DNA of 62,809 nt, the filler included, from Clostridia bacterium (GTDB taxonomy: Bacteria > CBDUZB01 > JAGLHV01): NCBI GenBank assembly GCA_030637025.1. It is 7 parts of 7 records of this genome, joined end to end, with 100 filler letters (N's around TTAATTAATTAA, not from the genome) between each part and the next. Parts side by side here need not be neighbours in the genome. Positions count along the whole stretch, not along the records: positions 60,190 to 62,809 come from DAOVVV010000074.1; 6 more parts are not named here. One strand, written 5' to 3'. Position 1 is the first letter of the stretch, and the number at the start of each line of letters is the position of its first letter. A program made the translations under genes and the position numbers. This document shows positions 61,625 to 62,809 of this stretch, piece after piece. The notes under the pieces are model-generated. The model was given only the letters and a program-made list of their open reading frames with translations, did not search any database and had not been told where the DNA came from.

Positions 61625-62809
61625 ATGGATATTTTTAAGAGTATAAAAATATCAATGGTTTTATCCAGTTTGGTAGTACTGTTTGTATGTATATTTTCTA
61701 ATATAGGATTTGCTGACCCGTCAATAATGCTTTATGTTGATGGAGGCTCTGATTATTATTATGATAATACTAAACCTATTCCAACAGATCCGACAATTAT
61801 TAATTATAGTGTGGATTTAGGTTTTAGTCTTATACCTACATCACCCGATGCATGGAATACTGATACTTTTGTTACAAATAGTTCTGCGTTTAGGTTCGTT
61901 ATTGCTACAGATAAATATGATTGGTTTTATGATATGCATTTGGTTGCTGCTGTACTGGAGGGAGAAACAGGAAGTCTTAATGTTTCTTGGGGAAGTACTG
62001 TATTATCCGGAACGATGTTTAACGGGACACCTACGATTACGGGTTATGGGAAGACCTATGTAATGCCTACTCATTCTGTATTTCCTACAGATTATCTCTT
62101 ATATAGCCTTGGGGATATTGAAAATGATGTAAATGAACCAATTTTTTTAGACATAACCTTTAGCGGTTATTCCAGGGTACATTTTGATGCGTTTGCCTAT
62201 AATGGGAAAAAATGGGATGACAATCCTTTTTCTCATGATGTGACTTCTACTGGGGAACCTATTCCTGAGCCGGGGACTCTTATTTTGTTTGGAACGGGAA
62301 TAATAGGTATGATTGGTAGTTTTGCCCGGAAAAGATTTAAGGAATTGAAACGATTTTTAGATGTGGTGTTTTCCGGTATAGGATTGGTTTTATTATCACC
62401 ATTGTTTTTATTTGTTGGGATATTAATAAAGTTAGATTCTAAAGGTTCTGTTTTTTATAAACAGATACGGGTAGGTGAAAATCAGAGAAAGAGTAGAACA
62501 GAAATAGAAGTAGGGCAGGAAGAACGGCGAAGAATTAATGCTCCGGGGCGTTTATTTATGGTGCATAAATTCAGGACAATGAAACTAGATGCAGAAACAA
62601 AAACCGGTCCTGTTTGGGCCAAAGAAGATGATACCCGAGTTACAAAAATAGGACATTTTTTAAGAAAAAGTCATCTGGATGAATTACCGCAATTGTTCAA
62701 TGTTTTTATCGGTGAGATGAGTTTAATAGGTCCAAGGCCGGAAAGGCCTGTATTTGTAGATAATTTTAAGAAGGTTATTCCTAAATATGATAAAAGATTA
62801 AAAGTGAAA
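61625..62809 (+). CDS. Fusion of a secreted domain, an internal PEP-CTERM and a priming phosphoglycosyltransferase (Bac_transf, WcaJ/PglC-like); runs off the window and is absent from the ORF track
   Basis: One open frame from ATG 61625: signal peptide, HSVFPT/VHFDAF/NPFSHD domain, IPEPGTLILFGTGIIGMIGSFARKRF at 62261, then KRFLDV...LSP...QIRVG...KFRTM...RVTKIG.FLRKSHLDELPQLFNV..GEMSLIGPRPERP. Confidence 0.9.
   Translation, partial: MDIFKSIKISMVLSSLVVLFVCIFSNIGFADPSIMLYVDGGSDYYYDNTKPIPTDPTIINYSVDLGFSLIPTSPDAWNTDTFVTNSSAFRFVIATDKYDWFYDMHLVAAVLEGETGSLNVSWGSTVLSGTMFNGTPTITGYGKTYVMPTHSVFPTDYLLYSLGDIENDVNEPIFLDITFSGYSRVHFDAFAYNGKKWDDNPFSHDVTSTGEPIPEPGTLILFGTGIIGMIGSFARKRFKELKRFLDVVFSGIGLVLLSPLFLFVGILIKLDSKGSVFYKQIRVGENQRKSRTEIEVGQEERRRINAPGRLFMVHKFRTMKLDAETKTGPVWAKEDDTRVTKIGHFLRKSHLDELPQLFNVFIGEMSLIGPRPERPVFVDNFKKVIPKYDKRLKVK

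Noticed and set aside
61848-62063. 71-aa ORF
   Set aside because: Alternative frame inside the 61625 fusion gene.

Overview
Low-GC diderm bacterium. An Elusimicrobiota-like or related candidate phylum is my inference from gene order and the CHU_C/FlgD plus PorV-type proteins. The window is not one continuous locus. It is seven contigs joined by artificial 100-bp N44-TTAATTAATTAA-N44 linkers, and two pairs of contigs can be rejoined through overlapping ends (11010-11090 with 55676-55756; 55416-55575 with 11191-11350). Core content: dusB, an ECF sigma with a zinc anti-sigma, membrane pyrophosphatase, Na/Pi symporter, radC, half of the dcw cluster (murD to ftsZ) followed by pilT-pgeF-recG, the pyr operon, purD, purQ, thrS, kdsD, a ptsI-like gene and an alpha-2-macroglobulin. 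The most notable accessory content is: (1) an ORF missed by the ORF track, in which a secreted PEP-CTERM protein continues in frame into a priming phosphoglycosyltransferase; (2) a c-di-GMP-I riboswitch, predicted ON-type, heading a reconstructed operon of a repeat surface protein, a PorV-like barrel and tandem signal-peptide-bearing tail-fibre-like proteins; (3) three 7-bladed beta-propeller paralogs with a near-constant framework and hypervariable positions; (4) a 168-bp repeated hairpin element with compensatory base changes; (5) REPs, nested MITEs and an integrase-free attI/cassette/attC-like unit. I saw no rRNA, tRNA, CRISPR array, transposase or reverse transcriptase.
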